From NCBI GenBank assembly GCA_001643675.2, contig LSRY02000036.1, positions 1,001,638 through 1,065,637 on the forward strand: 64,000 nt of DNA. The letters are read 5' to 3'. This DNA is from Monocercomonoides exilis PA203 (lineage: Eukaryota > Protista > Preaxostyla). The position numbers and the translations under genes are program-made. Of the stretch, positions 11,272-23,706 are shown one piece after another (positions within the stretch are counted from its first letter, which is position 1; each line of letters opens with the position of its first letter). Under the pieces are notes generated by a model. The model was not told the origin of the DNA and made no database searches. It saw only the letters and a program-made list of their open reading frames with translations.

Positions 11272-12788
11272 GGGTCAACTTTTCAATGGGACTTTTTCCA
11301 TTATTGGAACTTTTTTTGTTTTTGCTTGCAAAATTCTGAGAAATGAGAAGTAGTTTTCAGCATTTTAAAAATCCTTTTTAACAAGTTTTATTCTATTTAT
11401 TTGCAATTTGTTTTTATATTTTTACTTGTTACACATTGAGAAATTTCGTTTTTTTGTTAAATTTAAAAGGACTTTTTCTAGCCAACTGGGAATCGCTCAA
11501 GAAATTGGGGACATGTTTTATATAGCATTTGCTTCGAACTATTAATCTTTAAAACCTTTTTTTTCACAAACATTTTTTTCTTGATTTTTTCGCATTTCAA
11601 ATTTTCATCAACATGATAACATAAAACTGATTATTTCTTTATTAATATAATGAAATGAAAAAAATAAAAATATGATATGAAAAACAAATACTTTAATAAT
11701 GAAGTGTTGAAAAAATAAAATATTCTCATTTTCTATTTGTCAAGAATTTAACTTTGTTACTAAAGTTTGATCGAAGATCATTTTAAGTTTGTGCCTTTTT
11801 GTCTGTTTGAGACAAACAGAAAATGAGAATACAGATATCGCATAAAATACCGGACATCGCACAAAATACCGGACAAGATCGATATCTCAATAACCGCAAG
11901 AAGAAAAATTCTGATAATTTCCCTCAAAATACATCTCATCAATGCAAACTCATTTGATACACAAGACTGTTAAACCAGCTTCATTTGTGCTCAGAAAAAA
12001 TTATCGATTGAAATCTCGTTGAAACTCAAAATCCTATTTCTCCGAGTATTAAATGATAATTTTTTCTGAGCACAAATGAAGCTGGTTTAACAGTCTTGTG
12101 TATCAAATGAGTTTGCATTGATGAGATGTATTTTGAGGGAAATTATCAGAATTTTTCTTCTTGCGGTTATTGAGATATCGATCTTGTCCGGTATTTTGTG
12201 CGATGTCCGGTATTTTATGCGATATCTGTATTCTCATTTTCTGTTTGTCTCAAACAGACAAAAAGGCACAAACTTAAAATGATCTTCGATCAAACTTTAG
12301 TAACAAAGTTAAATTCTTGACAAATAGAAAATGAGAATATTTTATTTTTTCAACACTTCATTATTAAAGTATTTGTTTTTCATATCATATTTTTATTTTT
12401 TTCATTTCATTATATTAATAAAGAAATAATCAGTTTTATGTTATCATGTTGATGAAAATTTGAAATGCGAAAAAATCAAGAAAAAAATGTTTGTGAAAAA
12501 AAAGGTTTTAAAGATTAATAGTTCGAAGCAAATGCTATATAAAACATGTCCCCAATTTCTTGAGCGATTCCCAGTTGGCTAGAAAAAGTCCTTTTAAATT
12601 TAACAAAAAAACGAAATTTCTCAATGTGTAACAAGTAAAAATATAAAAACAAATTGCAAATAAATAGAATAAAACTTGTTAAAAAGGATTTTTAAAATGC
12701 TGAAAACTACTTCTCATTTCTCAGAATTTTGCAAGCAAAAACAAAAAAAGTTCCAATAATGGAAAAAGTCACATTGAAAAGTTGACCC
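11272..12788. repeat. Near-perfect palindrome (foldback element): 734-bp arms, 49-bp spacer
   Basis: 11272-12005 is the reverse complement of 12055-12788. Paired coordinates sum to 24060 at the points checked, so there is no net indel. One mismatch noticed near the outer end (12771). Confidence 0.95.
11832..12228. mobile_element. Tc1/mariner-type MITE at the centre of the palindrome
   Basis: TA|CAGATATCGCATAAAATACCGGACA...TGTCCGGTATTTTATGCGATATCTG|TA. A duplicated ATCGCA[T/C]AAAATACCGGACA subterminal motif resembles transposase binding sites. Confidence 0.6.
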
Positions 12789-13499
12789 TAATTCAATTTC
12801 GTAATTTATAAATTCGATTTCGAAAAAAAACAATTCAATTTCGAAACGAAAATCTTTTTTGATTTGTGGAATGAATAACTTGTGTTAGGTGTTTTGAATT
12901 CTTTAAATTGGGTGATTTTTTTTGATATCATAAAAAAAGATCAAAAATCGAAAAAATATAATCTGTAGTGGTATTTATTGATCAAAAAGTTAAATTGGTA
13001 TTTCATAAGTATTTAGCTTTTATTTCTGTCATATATATTTGTTTTATTTATTAATATAAAAAATCATACCTTTTTGATAATCTTGGTGCAAAAAGAATTT
13101 TTTTTGATCAAGTTAAATAAAAATGAACCTAAAACTAATAAAGTTAAACCAACAAAACACATCAATAAGAAACAAAAGATTCTTAACCTATTGAACAAAG
13201 CTAATAAAAGGAAAAAACATTTAAAAAAACTTTAAAGAATAAAATTAATATGAGTATTTAAATGTTTTTTAAAAAAAAGCATATGTTTTCCCTTAATCCA
13301 GCTGAAACCTCATCTAAATGTTTTCTTATCTGCTGATCTGCTCAACAGATTCTGCAAACGAAGATTGTGCTATTTTGGAAACTGCAGTTAGTAAGAACAC
13401 TTTACTCAACATCGAAACTTCTCTTTTAATTCTTCATTAAAAATACAGGTTTTATTTTTTTCTCGATTCACTACATGGTTTCCTATCATTTCAACTCGA

Positions 13500-16400
13500 C
13501 ATTTTAAAATTCTCCCTTCGTTAACTTCGTGCTTTTCCTAAGTTCCTGCTTTTGTTGCTTTGTGAAGAAATTATCATTGAATTCCCCTCATCCATCATTC
13601 GTCTTTTGTTTATGCCATTTCTTTCCCTCTTTCATCATCATCTTCCTCTATCTCTTGATCATCCTTTTCTTTCGTTTTTGCTTCCTCCTCATTTCACTCT
13701 CTCCATCATCACTCTCATCTCTCCAGGCGGAAACAATTTCTTTTGCTTCACAAGCAACTCACTTTGATGATAAAAATTGATGGCCTTCCGCTCTTCTTCC
13801 AAACCTTCTATCTTCTCTTTCTCTTCCTTCCGCTCTCGGCATCAGCAGCAATTAAACAATGGCATGCCCAGTTCTTCACTCCCTTGAAAGTTTGACTCAT
13901 TCTGAATTCTTTTCCCTTTCTCTTCAACTTAACTTGATCTTTCCAATGTTTGCTCTCAGAGTAATATGTGAGCGCTTCATCGAAGCTTTCTGAGAAGTCT
14001 ATAAGTTCTATATTATTGGCCGTTCTGTGAGCGTTATCAATCATCAAGAATTCAGATTGTGGAATAAGTTGCAGCTTGGGAGAAGAAGAAGAGGAAGGGA
14101 ATGAAGGAGAAGGAGCAAATAGCTGAGGAATTTATATAACCCTCTTTCAAATACGATTCTGAAAGAAGAAAATCATTCTTGTTGTTGAAGAGCGCACTCA
14201 GTGACTCAGATATGGCAGTTCTTCTCTTCTCATTGGACCATGTTCCCCTGTGGCTGTTTTGCCCCGCCTTTTACTGATGTGGAGAAGCTGCATGCGTTCT
14301 TCCGGCAGTGGGTGGAGCATGAAATGGTGGGATCGGTTTAACATAAAATTAGTACTGAGGCAATCAATGAAATCTGCAGCAAAGGTGAGTTCAGGAAAGA
14401 ACGCAGTCGAGATAAAGTGGGAGAATGACTTTGTGTGCGAAGAGAAGACGGACATAAACACCATTCTTCTTCTTCTTCTTCTTCATTTCTTTTGTGATAC
14501 TCTCCTTTTCTTCATCCTCTTCATCCTCCCCTCCTCCATGTCTTCTCTTGTTCCTCTTTTTCCCAACAGGTGCATACAGATTAAGCAAAGTGCCAGCAGT
14601 TATTATTTTCGCTATGTCAGTCTCCGTTGGTGAAGCCATTATGCCAAAAAGATTTGGCCCAACACACCAGCTCAGCAAACGACGCAGCAGCTCTTCCTTC
14701 GTGACCGTTGACTCGCTGTTCGCTTCTTTATCCTTCTCGTTTCTCTTCTCCTTCTCCTTCTTCATCCAGCCCTCTTCCTTCAGCAAGCGCCTCGATGATT
14801 TCCGACGCGTTGTTCCGCACAATCGCCTGTGGTGAGAACATCAGCTCGACAAGCTCGTTAAACAGCGCCTTGTCGAGCGAGCTGGCAAAAAGCTTGAACG
14901 ACTTGTTGGTCAGCAATAGAAGGATGGAAGAAGCCTTGCCACTGTTTTCAGGGCGTGGTGGGTGCAGCAGGAAGCGGATGAGCTGGAGAATGCCGTAGCG
15001 CAGAAATGCAAAGTGGAACTCGGTGCCGTTGGTGATGAACTTGTTGATTACACGAAGAGAAGAAGAGACAAGAGGGTGCAAACGGAAAATTGAATGTGAA
15101 TATTATTGTGTGTTTGTGAATAACGAAAACGAATGAGTGAAAAAGTGGGGGGGAAAAAGGAAGAAGAAAAAGAATTTGAAAAGAAAGATAGAAAAAAACT
15201 TGTGAACGAAATTTCTATTAACAGTTTCTGGTAAACCTCATGTATTTGATCAATTGCTTTGCAACAGCATCATTCAGTAAATAAGCTTGATTCACTAAGC
15301 AGGATAATTGCATAATCAAAGCTATTAGTCCACCATGATTACTATTCATCATTTGAGAGCGAACAAAAAATTTAAATAAAGATAAATATTTGAAAAGCAA
15401 AATACAGATTAACAAAAATAAATGAAACAATTAATGAAATATATTTTATTTTATAGAAAAAATAACAATTTTCCATACAATTCTGGTTCACTATGTGGAT
15501 CATTGAGTTTAGTCCCCTCAGCCTGTGGATGTTGTCGAAGCAGCAGACCACTAACTGTTCAACAGGAAACGCACAGCGCAGCGAAGGTGGAACATCCATT
15601 GACAGAAAAGCGCTGCAAACGACACTGGCACACAGTTCAATCACATTCTGCAACTTCACTTTGAACTAACGCCCAAAGCTGTGCTTGATGAATGGCAGTG
15701 TTGGGGAGGGAGAGGAGAAAGAGGAGAATGAAAAAGAAGAAGAAGTTGATGATGATGATGATGTGGGAAATGAAGAAGAAGTGAATGAAGTTGATGTGCT
15801 TGCAGACGCAAATGTTGAGAAAGTGAATGGTGTTTCTATAATCTGTTGATGAATCCTTCTTCGATTTTTGATTTCAGGAAGAAAATCTGAGCAAAAAGTG
15901 GTTAGAATCTTCACAGGCTTATTTTTCGTCTCAGCTTCTTTCTTCTTCTTTTATGAGAAACCTTTTTTCTGTGCCTTTTTTATGCATCTGCCAAATCCTT
16001 CTTTTCCTTTTTCTCTTCCTTCTCAATATCCGCACGAATTCCCTAGCTTGCTGTACATGTTGCGTGGTTCAGAAGGATGCTTTGTGGCTCAAATATATCC
16101 CCCGTAGCTTTCATGTTGCTGCTTGCAAATACACCTGCATTGCTCAACTGTCCTTCACAAGAATCGCTCGAGGTGTCGGTATAGTCACAAGAGGTGGGAG
16201 CGAGAAGGAAGAAACAGAAAAAGAAGGAGAGGAAGAAGACATTTTTGATAAAGAGGTAGTGCTTGGGATAGATATGTCGAGTGTCTTCTTTGCGACCGAA
16301 AAGAAGTCAGTGAAGGGAGATGAAGGATTGAGTGGCTTCGGTGGAGTGTCAACAAGAACAGAAGGAGTTGACAATTGGATGTGAAAAAAGGGAGAGAAAG

Positions 16401-18400
16401 AGGGGAATGTAATTATCAAGGGGAATACATTGTTTTCGGTGTGCAGCTTCGCAGAAGAGTGTGCTGTTGCACGGGCAGAATGTCTCTGCTGTTCACTTCT
16501 CTTCTCCTTCGCCCTTTTTCTGTTGCTTCCTGCAGGTGCTTTGTATCGAAAGTATCAATTTGCGATACGGAAAACTCATCGGTCTAATTTGTCTTCATCT
16601 TTGTCTTTTGTTCTTCCAGCTGATTTCCTTTTTTATGAGTTGCATTCAACTTGCATTTGTATATCTCTTTTTTTGCCTCTTCCATTTGAACATGCAATCA
16701 TCTCTCTTCGCTCCTTGGAAGTGTAATAAACCGAGAAAATAATTGCGATGTGCTTAAAAGATCATATCCCCTTCTCAAACACATTCACACATTCAGCACA
16801 GCCGGAGTGTGGAAGCCGTACGAAGTGCTTAAGGATAGCGGAATGTGCTGCTGCAAAAGAGGAAAGCAGTTCAAATGCGCGTCCAGCAATCCAACAGAAG
16901 GCATTTGAAGCGATAATGTCGATGTTAAGAGAAAGAAAACTGAATGAAATAACGATTGGTGTGTGCAATCAAGCTGCCGATTGAACAGTTAACGCAAATT
17001 TGAATATCGATGACTTAATCCAATGCGAAATGTGAAGAAATATCAAAGAGAAAGGAGAAGAAGGCGAAGAAGAGGCAAAGACGAAGTTCAAGTCGAAAAA
17101 TGTGAATATATGTGGTGATAGAGAAATGCGCAATCCGTCAACTGGCGTTTCTGAAGAAGATAGAGAGGATACTTTGCGTGAAGTCGTTGATAAACCAAAT
17201 CGTCTAGCTTGTTGGATAAACTTCAGATTGGTAAGAAAAAATTCAATCACAAAATTTTTGACAAACAGATTGTGGAAATCAATCTTGCTGTATTTCTTTG
17301 TAGTCTATTAACTTTCTTAATGCGATGTCCTCTTCTTCCTCTTCAAAAATAAAATATGTTGATGTCTCATAATTTCTTTTCTTTTCTATTTTTCCTCTTC
17401 CATTCATCTCTTCTTTTACTCTGAAAAGTATCAAACTCTTCCTTTTCTTCACATTTCGCAATTTCTTCCAAAAAATCTTCTCCTCTCATAAAAAATACCC
17501 CTCTCCCATTTGAAAGCTTCACAATAGTCCTCTTCTTTCCCGCTTTTGCCCTCTTTTCTTTCTTTTCAAAATCCATTTCTCCAATCAACAATAAGTCCCC
17601 TTCATCATCTTCATCCACTTCTCTACATATTTTCAACATTATCTTCTCCAAATCTTCATATGCTCTTTCCCCATCTCTTTGTCTCCAAATTTTCTTTCAT
17701 TCAAAAACCCTTTTTGTAATATTCACTTTCAAAAATACACTCAACTCTCTCCCTCTCCCACAAATAATCATCTTCCATCTATTCTCTGCCCCATGTCCCT
17801 CCTGTATCTTGCGTTGATGAGATAAACATCAAATACGACTTTTGGTGGTTGAGGATATTATTAAAGGAGATGATCATGCCAAAAACAGAAAAAACACCTC
17901 TGGACATCCACCACAATGTGTACGGGCTGAGAAGACTCTCCAGTGAGATACACGATGTATTTTGTGGAGATGCATTCAGTGCTGTATTCAACCATTCTGA
18001 GGCTGAAATGGAGAGATTGATTTATTTTTGGAATGATGATGGCTGTAGAAATGAAGCTGTTTGGCAAAAAACAGTCGAAGGGCAGTTTGGTCTTTATTTA
18101 TTTTCTTTATATGAATATTTGCCTGTTGACTGTTTTTGTGTTGTTTTCAGGGCAGGAGGCGGAAAGGAATGAAAATGAATGAAAGCGGGATATCTCGTTG
18201 TGCATGGTGGCTATCGAGTTGAGCCAGCAAATTCATATGGAAAGTGCTCGGGATGAAGGGATTGGGAAGGGAATTGGAGATGATATTTTCATATGCAAAA
18301 ACAAGGATATTTTTCAATGATGAAAATGGAATTTGAGCAGAAAACATGAATTTCACATTTTTCTGAAGGAAAGGAAATCAACGCAATTGAAGGAACTTAG
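13500..18400. pseudogene. Decayed coding-like sequence (mostly minus-strand, ARM/helical-like fragments with stops and frameshifts)
   Basis: GC-richer coding-like composition broken into short ORFs (13808-14047, 14391-14822, 14728-15081, 15372-15659, 16144-16419). In-frame stops between them are not explained by introns. Confidence 0.4.
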
Positions 18401-19281
18401 ACTTCCGGAAATGAAGGTTGCTGAATTTTCTGTTGAAACATCAAAATTTGATTGGTTTCATTTAATATTAATCGATTTCAACTTTTCTTATTCTATTCTT
18501 TTTCAATAACATTATTTAACAAATATTTGGAAATGAGATTATTTTATAACGTTATTGTAATTATTGTTATCATGTTTTTAAACCCAGAAAACTTATGTTT
18601 TGTTCTGTTCATTTAAGTTTCGATTTTTTTTTGAATAATTTTTTTAAGTTTTTTTCAAAATTTGTAATTAAAACAATTGGAAACAAATTAAAATTAACAA
18701 ATAAATAATAATAATAATAATTAGAGCAATATATTTGTGAGATCATCACTTTTGTTTTTCTTTTCAAAGCAACCCTTAAGGAAAATAATTTTTGATCAAA
18801 CGTCGGAATTTTTTATGATATCAAAAAAAATCACCCAATTTTTATCTCATCTGCAAATTTTGTTTATCAATATTTGAAAAATGGCGCATTTTCATTTTAA
18901 AATTTTCTTTCATTTTGAATGAAAATTTATTGATTGAAATTAATTTGAAATGGAAATAAATACATTTTCATGGTTAAAACCGATATTATCCAAAAATTTT
19001 CCTATGAAACAATCACATTATTGTGAAGAGATAATTCAATAATCGTGATTGAATTTTTTCTATTTTTATTTGGTTATTCAACAGAATGAATTTTTATAAA
19101 ATTATTATTATTTGAGTGATGAATTACAAAAATGAAAAAATAATTTTAAAAAATTGATTTATTGATTGTTGCAATAAAAAAAACAGTTTTCCATGAGTAA
19201 TAAAATTTGATTGGTAAAAAAACAACGTGAACTTTTCTGAAATCCATTCTCGAGATAAATTAAAATTTTCGGTTTTAAATG

Positions 19282-21354
19282 AATTTCGAAATTGAAGTAG
19301 GGTTATAATTTTATCTTGACCTTTTTTTTATCAAGACCTTTTTTATAATTAATCATTAACTTTTCCCACAATTTCATATTTTTAAAGATTTTTAAGTTTA
19401 TATATGAATTCAATAGATAAAAATAAATACATTTTGAAACAAACCCAATTTCGCATGGGGGGAGATGGGGGGGTTTAGCCCCTTCGTTGAACTTCTGTGT
19501 GGAATTGGAGGGTTACATGGGGAATAAAACCTTTTGTTTGTGAAAAATGTAATTTTTTGATTTTTTTTAAATTCATTTCAATTAAAAAAATAAAAAATTA
19601 TTGTGATCTTAAAAATATTAATAAAAAAATGTAAATGGCAACAGAAATAAAATTAAAAGAAGGTCAGAAAAAATTACAGAGAGCAATGTCTTCACGCAAG
19701 TTCAGGAAATACCACAGTCGGTTGGAGTGAATTGCTCACATCGTTGTTGATGGAGTTGTTCGCATTACGGATGCTATTAATTCCAAGGAATTCAGCCGAA
19801 CAGGAATAAAGAACGCAGTTGGAGCTCTGAGAAAAGGAAGGCTGGTTGGTGAAGTTAGCAGACCTGCAGCAGTAGTGGGTGAATAGGAACAAAGAGTTTT
19901 AGACATTATTCACATTGAAGCAAAGTCTGGAACATGTCTCACTTAAAAAAAACTAAAGAATTGGTTTGTTCAATTTTTATTAATATGTTTTAATCATTTG
20001 TTTTTCAGATAGAAAATGTTATAAACGACAACGATGATGAAGACGCAACATTTTCCGAAGTTTCAATGTCAGCCACGTATGGCTTTGCCAAGCGTCATCC
20101 TGAGATGATGACTGGAACGCCGAAGAATTTGGACATTAACAGACTGGCTGTTTCGTGCAGAAGTGTTTTTTAACCCTGGTATAAAACACTCGACGAGCTG
20201 CATGAAAAGTTCCATTGCAATTCAGCTTTGATTGTAAATGTCGATGAATCTTCAACGCGCGTTCCCACAGACTCAAAACGGCTTGTAGTTCATACAGCAG
20301 ATTCAAAAGCAGGTTTTACGAAAGAACCACAGAGGATGATCAATTCAACATTCGTAGCAGCTGTTGCAGCGGACGGATATTCCTTTCCTTCTGTCATTTT
20401 GTGGCCAAGCGTAAACCTGCCAGATGAGCTGAAATGCCTGTTATCTCCAACGCTTGAGATATGGGCAAATGGAAGCGACTGGATGGATAACGAGTGCTTT
20501 AAAAGGCATGCTCTCACCGTTCTTCTACCTTCTGTCATCGAAAGAAGAAAGCGCATGTCACTTGAAAACGAACACATTCTTCTCCTTCTTGGTTCTCACA
20601 CTTCTCGCGCAGATCCATCGATCTGGCGAGAATTCCAAAAGCAACAAGTCGACGTTTTAACCTTTGTGCCACACAGCACACACCTCTGTCAACCACTGGA
20701 CAGAGGTGTGTTTGCTGTGTTCAAATCTGAACTGACAGACAAATTTGAGGCTCCATCTTCTTCTTCATCTTCCTCCAAACGAGCAGCAATTTCCGACGTT
20801 CTGCCTCAAGCCATCCACACTGCATTATCACCTTCTGTAATTCAGAAAGATTTCGTCTGCAGTGGTGTTCTGCACAATTCTTCTGGGCCAGTTCTTTTGA
20901 AACTTCCCGAATCTTCAATTTACACTCTTCCATCCCTAAGAAACAGATTCAACTTTTATGGAAAAGTGATAGCCGACGAAAATCTTTTAGAGAAATGGGA
21001 AAATCATTTGAAAATGAATATTGAAAGGGAAAATGAAATGGATGAAAAGGAGAAAGATGAAGTGAAGACTGTTGTGGATGAAAAGAAAAAAATAAAAAGA
21101 AAATTTCTTCATTTGAAAAACGATGATTCTGAAGATGAAAAGAAAGATAATTCATTAAATCGAGGTGAAGGAAAAAGGAAAGTTATTAGAAGAATTAATT
21201 CTGATTTTGTTTTCTTTTAATCATGTTGTTTTTTTTAATTTTTTTCACTTCATTTTTTTGGGTCAGAATAAAGAAAAAGGGCCAGGATAAAATAATAACC
21301 CTATTCATTTTCGAAATTGAATTATTCTTTTTCGAATTTGAATTATTTTTGGTG
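19282..21354 (+). mobile_element. pogo/Tigger-like (DDE_1) DNA transposon, inactive; right TIR intact, left TIR truncated
   Basis: Right end ...GAATTATTTTTGGTG|TA at 21354. Partial left TIR ATTTCGAAATTGAAGTAGGGTTATAATTTTATCTTGACC (~19282-19325) mirrors 21275-21320. Confidence 0.75.
19635..21220 (+). pseudogene. pogo-family transposase (putative HTH region + DDE_1) pseudogene with one intron
   Basis: NVDES (D1), LLLLGSHTSR (D2 replaced by G), FVPHSTHLCQPLDRGVF (D3). The N-terminal region from ATG 19635 has several in-frame stops and a short intron ending ~20008. Confidence 0.85.
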
Positions 21355-21695
21355 TATTATCTGAATCGAATAAGCTTTAAACAATTGTTTTCCAGGAATC
21401 AGTTCCATTTATTTGTTGTTTTGCCTTGCTTTTATTCAAAAGATATTTGAATTCTTGAGCACTTTATAAAGGATAAATAAAACAACTTTTTGCATAAAGA
21501 TAATTTCAAAGCAGCTTCTGTTCTGCTCTGTAAACGAAATAAGACAGTAATAATAAAAGAACAAACTTTTGATTATCACTAAAAACTAAAATATTTGGAA
21601 TTATAAAATAACCTGAAGAAATGAAATGTCTTAACATAATTTTTTTAAAACAATAATTTTTTTCAAATTTAAATTCATTTTCTTCTTTCTTAATT

Positions 21696-22562
21696 CTATT
21701 TTTCACAGCTCACATCACCTTCGAATGCGTTTCCTTCAACACTGCATTCATTTTTGCCGCGAAGCAACTTGAAGAATCCTCGATCACCCCATCCCTTCCC
21801 CCAAGAGTTAGCACAAAGCCAATAAGGCTTATTGTTCTCAACACCCCATCCAATGCATTTCACAGCGTGATATCCCATCTTCAATGGAACTACATGATGA
21901 TAAACCCCGCTTCGATAAAACATGAAATCAATGTACACGGCCATTCCAAATTCTACTGGACCTTTTGTGAAAATAGCCTCTTGAATCTCCGAACCATGGA
22001 GCTGCCGATAAGAATCGGCTTTATGACGAATGACAACAGAGCCATTTTTGCACTTTGACGAGCATGATCCAGTTAAACCACATCCGCTCGTATATGGCAT
22101 GCATTCTTCCGTTGTAATGCCCTTTTCTATTGCCCATTTCCAAGAAGTTTCAAACCGCCCACCATTGCATCCCATATCTAATTCGTCGCACGATACAAGA
22201 TCTTGAGGCGAAAGAACACCTTTAGAACATCCAACAATGTCGAATCTATCCGAAAGAACTTCTGTTAGCGCAAAAGCCCAACAAGATCCGCATTTCTTTT
22301 GGTCACGTATTGGATGAATTTTGTGGGGCCATTTTTCTCTTGAGTCAAATGTTGATGGTAGGTGATATGCTTCTTCATAAGGTTGGAAAACTTCATTAAT
22401 TGGTTCTTGCATAAGCATTTCCCTTATTTGATTTATGCTCATCTTAGAAAACATGTTATCTTGAGCAACCCAACTGATAGATGGATTTGAATTAATAAAT
22501 CGAACAATATCATCATCGCAAAAGCATCTGGTCAAAAAGCTTGCAAATAAAACAAAAAACAT
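21696..22562 (-). CDS. Cathepsin B-like cysteine protease (C1A), intronless, no occluding-loop His-His
   Basis: Signal MFFVLFASFL (ATG 22562), LPSTFDSREKWP, QKKCGSCWAF, LSPQDLVSCD, GCNGG, YHAVKCIGWG, YWLCANSWG. The Cys/His/Asn triad is intact. Confidence 0.95.
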   Translation of the reverse strand: MFFVLFASFLTRCFCDDDIVRFINSNPSISWVAQDNMFSKMSINQIREMLMQEPINEVFQPYEEAYHLPSTFDSREKWPHKIHPIRDQKKCGSCWAFALTEVLSDRFDIVGCSKGVLSPQDLVSCDELDMGCNGGRFETSWKWAIEKGITTEECMPYTSGCGLTGSCSSKCKNGSVVIRHKADSYRQLHGSEIQEAIFTKGPVEFGMAVYIDFMFYRSGVYHHVVPLKMGYHAVKCIGWGVENNKPYWLCANSWGKGWGDRGFFKLLRGKNECSVEGNAFEGDVSCEK

Positions 22563-23319
22563 TATTAAATATATAGTCAGATAAATGCAACGGTTTTTTG
22601 AGCAACAATAGAAATTCACACTACAGTTTTCTGCGAATTTTTCGAAACTTCTCAAAATCTTCAATTGAATTTTCAACCACTTTCTTTTTCTTCAAAGTTT
22701 GAATATTGATATTAAAAGTTTTTCAAAAAATAAAGAAATGAAAAGAAAATTTTCATTTTCTCAATTTATCATTCTTTCTTTTCCATTCGCAAATCTAAGT
22801 TATATATCGTTAATGATCAATTCAAGAAAATGATTTTGAGTGTCAAGTTATTTTTATTGTTCATTTATGAATTTGTAAAAATTAAACCAGAATAAAAAAT
22901 AATACTAGGATAATAACTCATCATTGTTTGAATTTTTAAAATACTTTTCACAGACATCAACATACGCAGTTCTCAAAACAATTAGCAAAAAAAATTGCTC
23001 AAACAAACTTGAATAATTGAATGACTTAAAGTTACAGCACTTAATAAAGAAACCTTTTCTGCATTTTTTCCTCACATTATGTTATGTCTTTAAAGAAAAA
23101 GCAACGAAAAATCCAACAAATTATTAAACAGAGAGAGGGAAATACAATCTCAATTAAAAATAAAAATAAAATTCTCATAAAAAATATATGTTAAAATACA
23201 TCACAAAAGTTAAAAATAAATGTATTACAGAGTCAAATCATCTTCACAGACATTTCTCATATTCAACAACATAGAAATTCTAATGCTTTTCCTCCTTCGT
23301 TTGAAAAAAAGAAAGGAAA

Positions 23320-23411
23320 GAAAGAAAAGAATAAGAATAAGAATAAGAATAAGAAAAAGAAAAAGAAAAAGAAAAAGAAAAAGAAAAAGAAAAAGAAAAA
23401 GAAAAAGAAAA
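23320..23411. repeat. Compound microsatellite (AAGAAT)n-(AAAAAG)n
   Basis: Directly visible hexamer runs. Confidence 0.9.
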
Positions 23412-23706
23412 CTGTCAAAACTCATTTGAAAAATCAAAACATAAAATAATCAAAAGTGAATGGATAACTCTTTGTAAAATGCAAAGCAAATTTATATTCA
23501 ATCATTACAGAACAAGGCAAGTCAACAGATCATTCTTAGTGGTGAGCATAAATTCGTTCAGGGGAGAACAATTATAAAAATATCTCAGGTTTATTGAATT
23601 GCTTTCAATAATCCCCTATCCACTCTCAATCATTTCTTGTGCAGTTGAAGGTATCACTTGTTATGAGAAAGAGCAGATTTCTTGCCTCATCTATCAGCAC
23701 ATTGAC

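Noticed and set aside
19635-20230. In-frame TAA/TAG in the pogo transposase as evidence of an alternative genetic code
   Set aside because: A TGA stop and a catalytic D-to-G change also occur, and intact genes in the window end in TAA/TAG. Simple decay explains it.
23220-23437. RKRKRK / FLFLFL ORFs
   Set aside because: Microsatellite translations.
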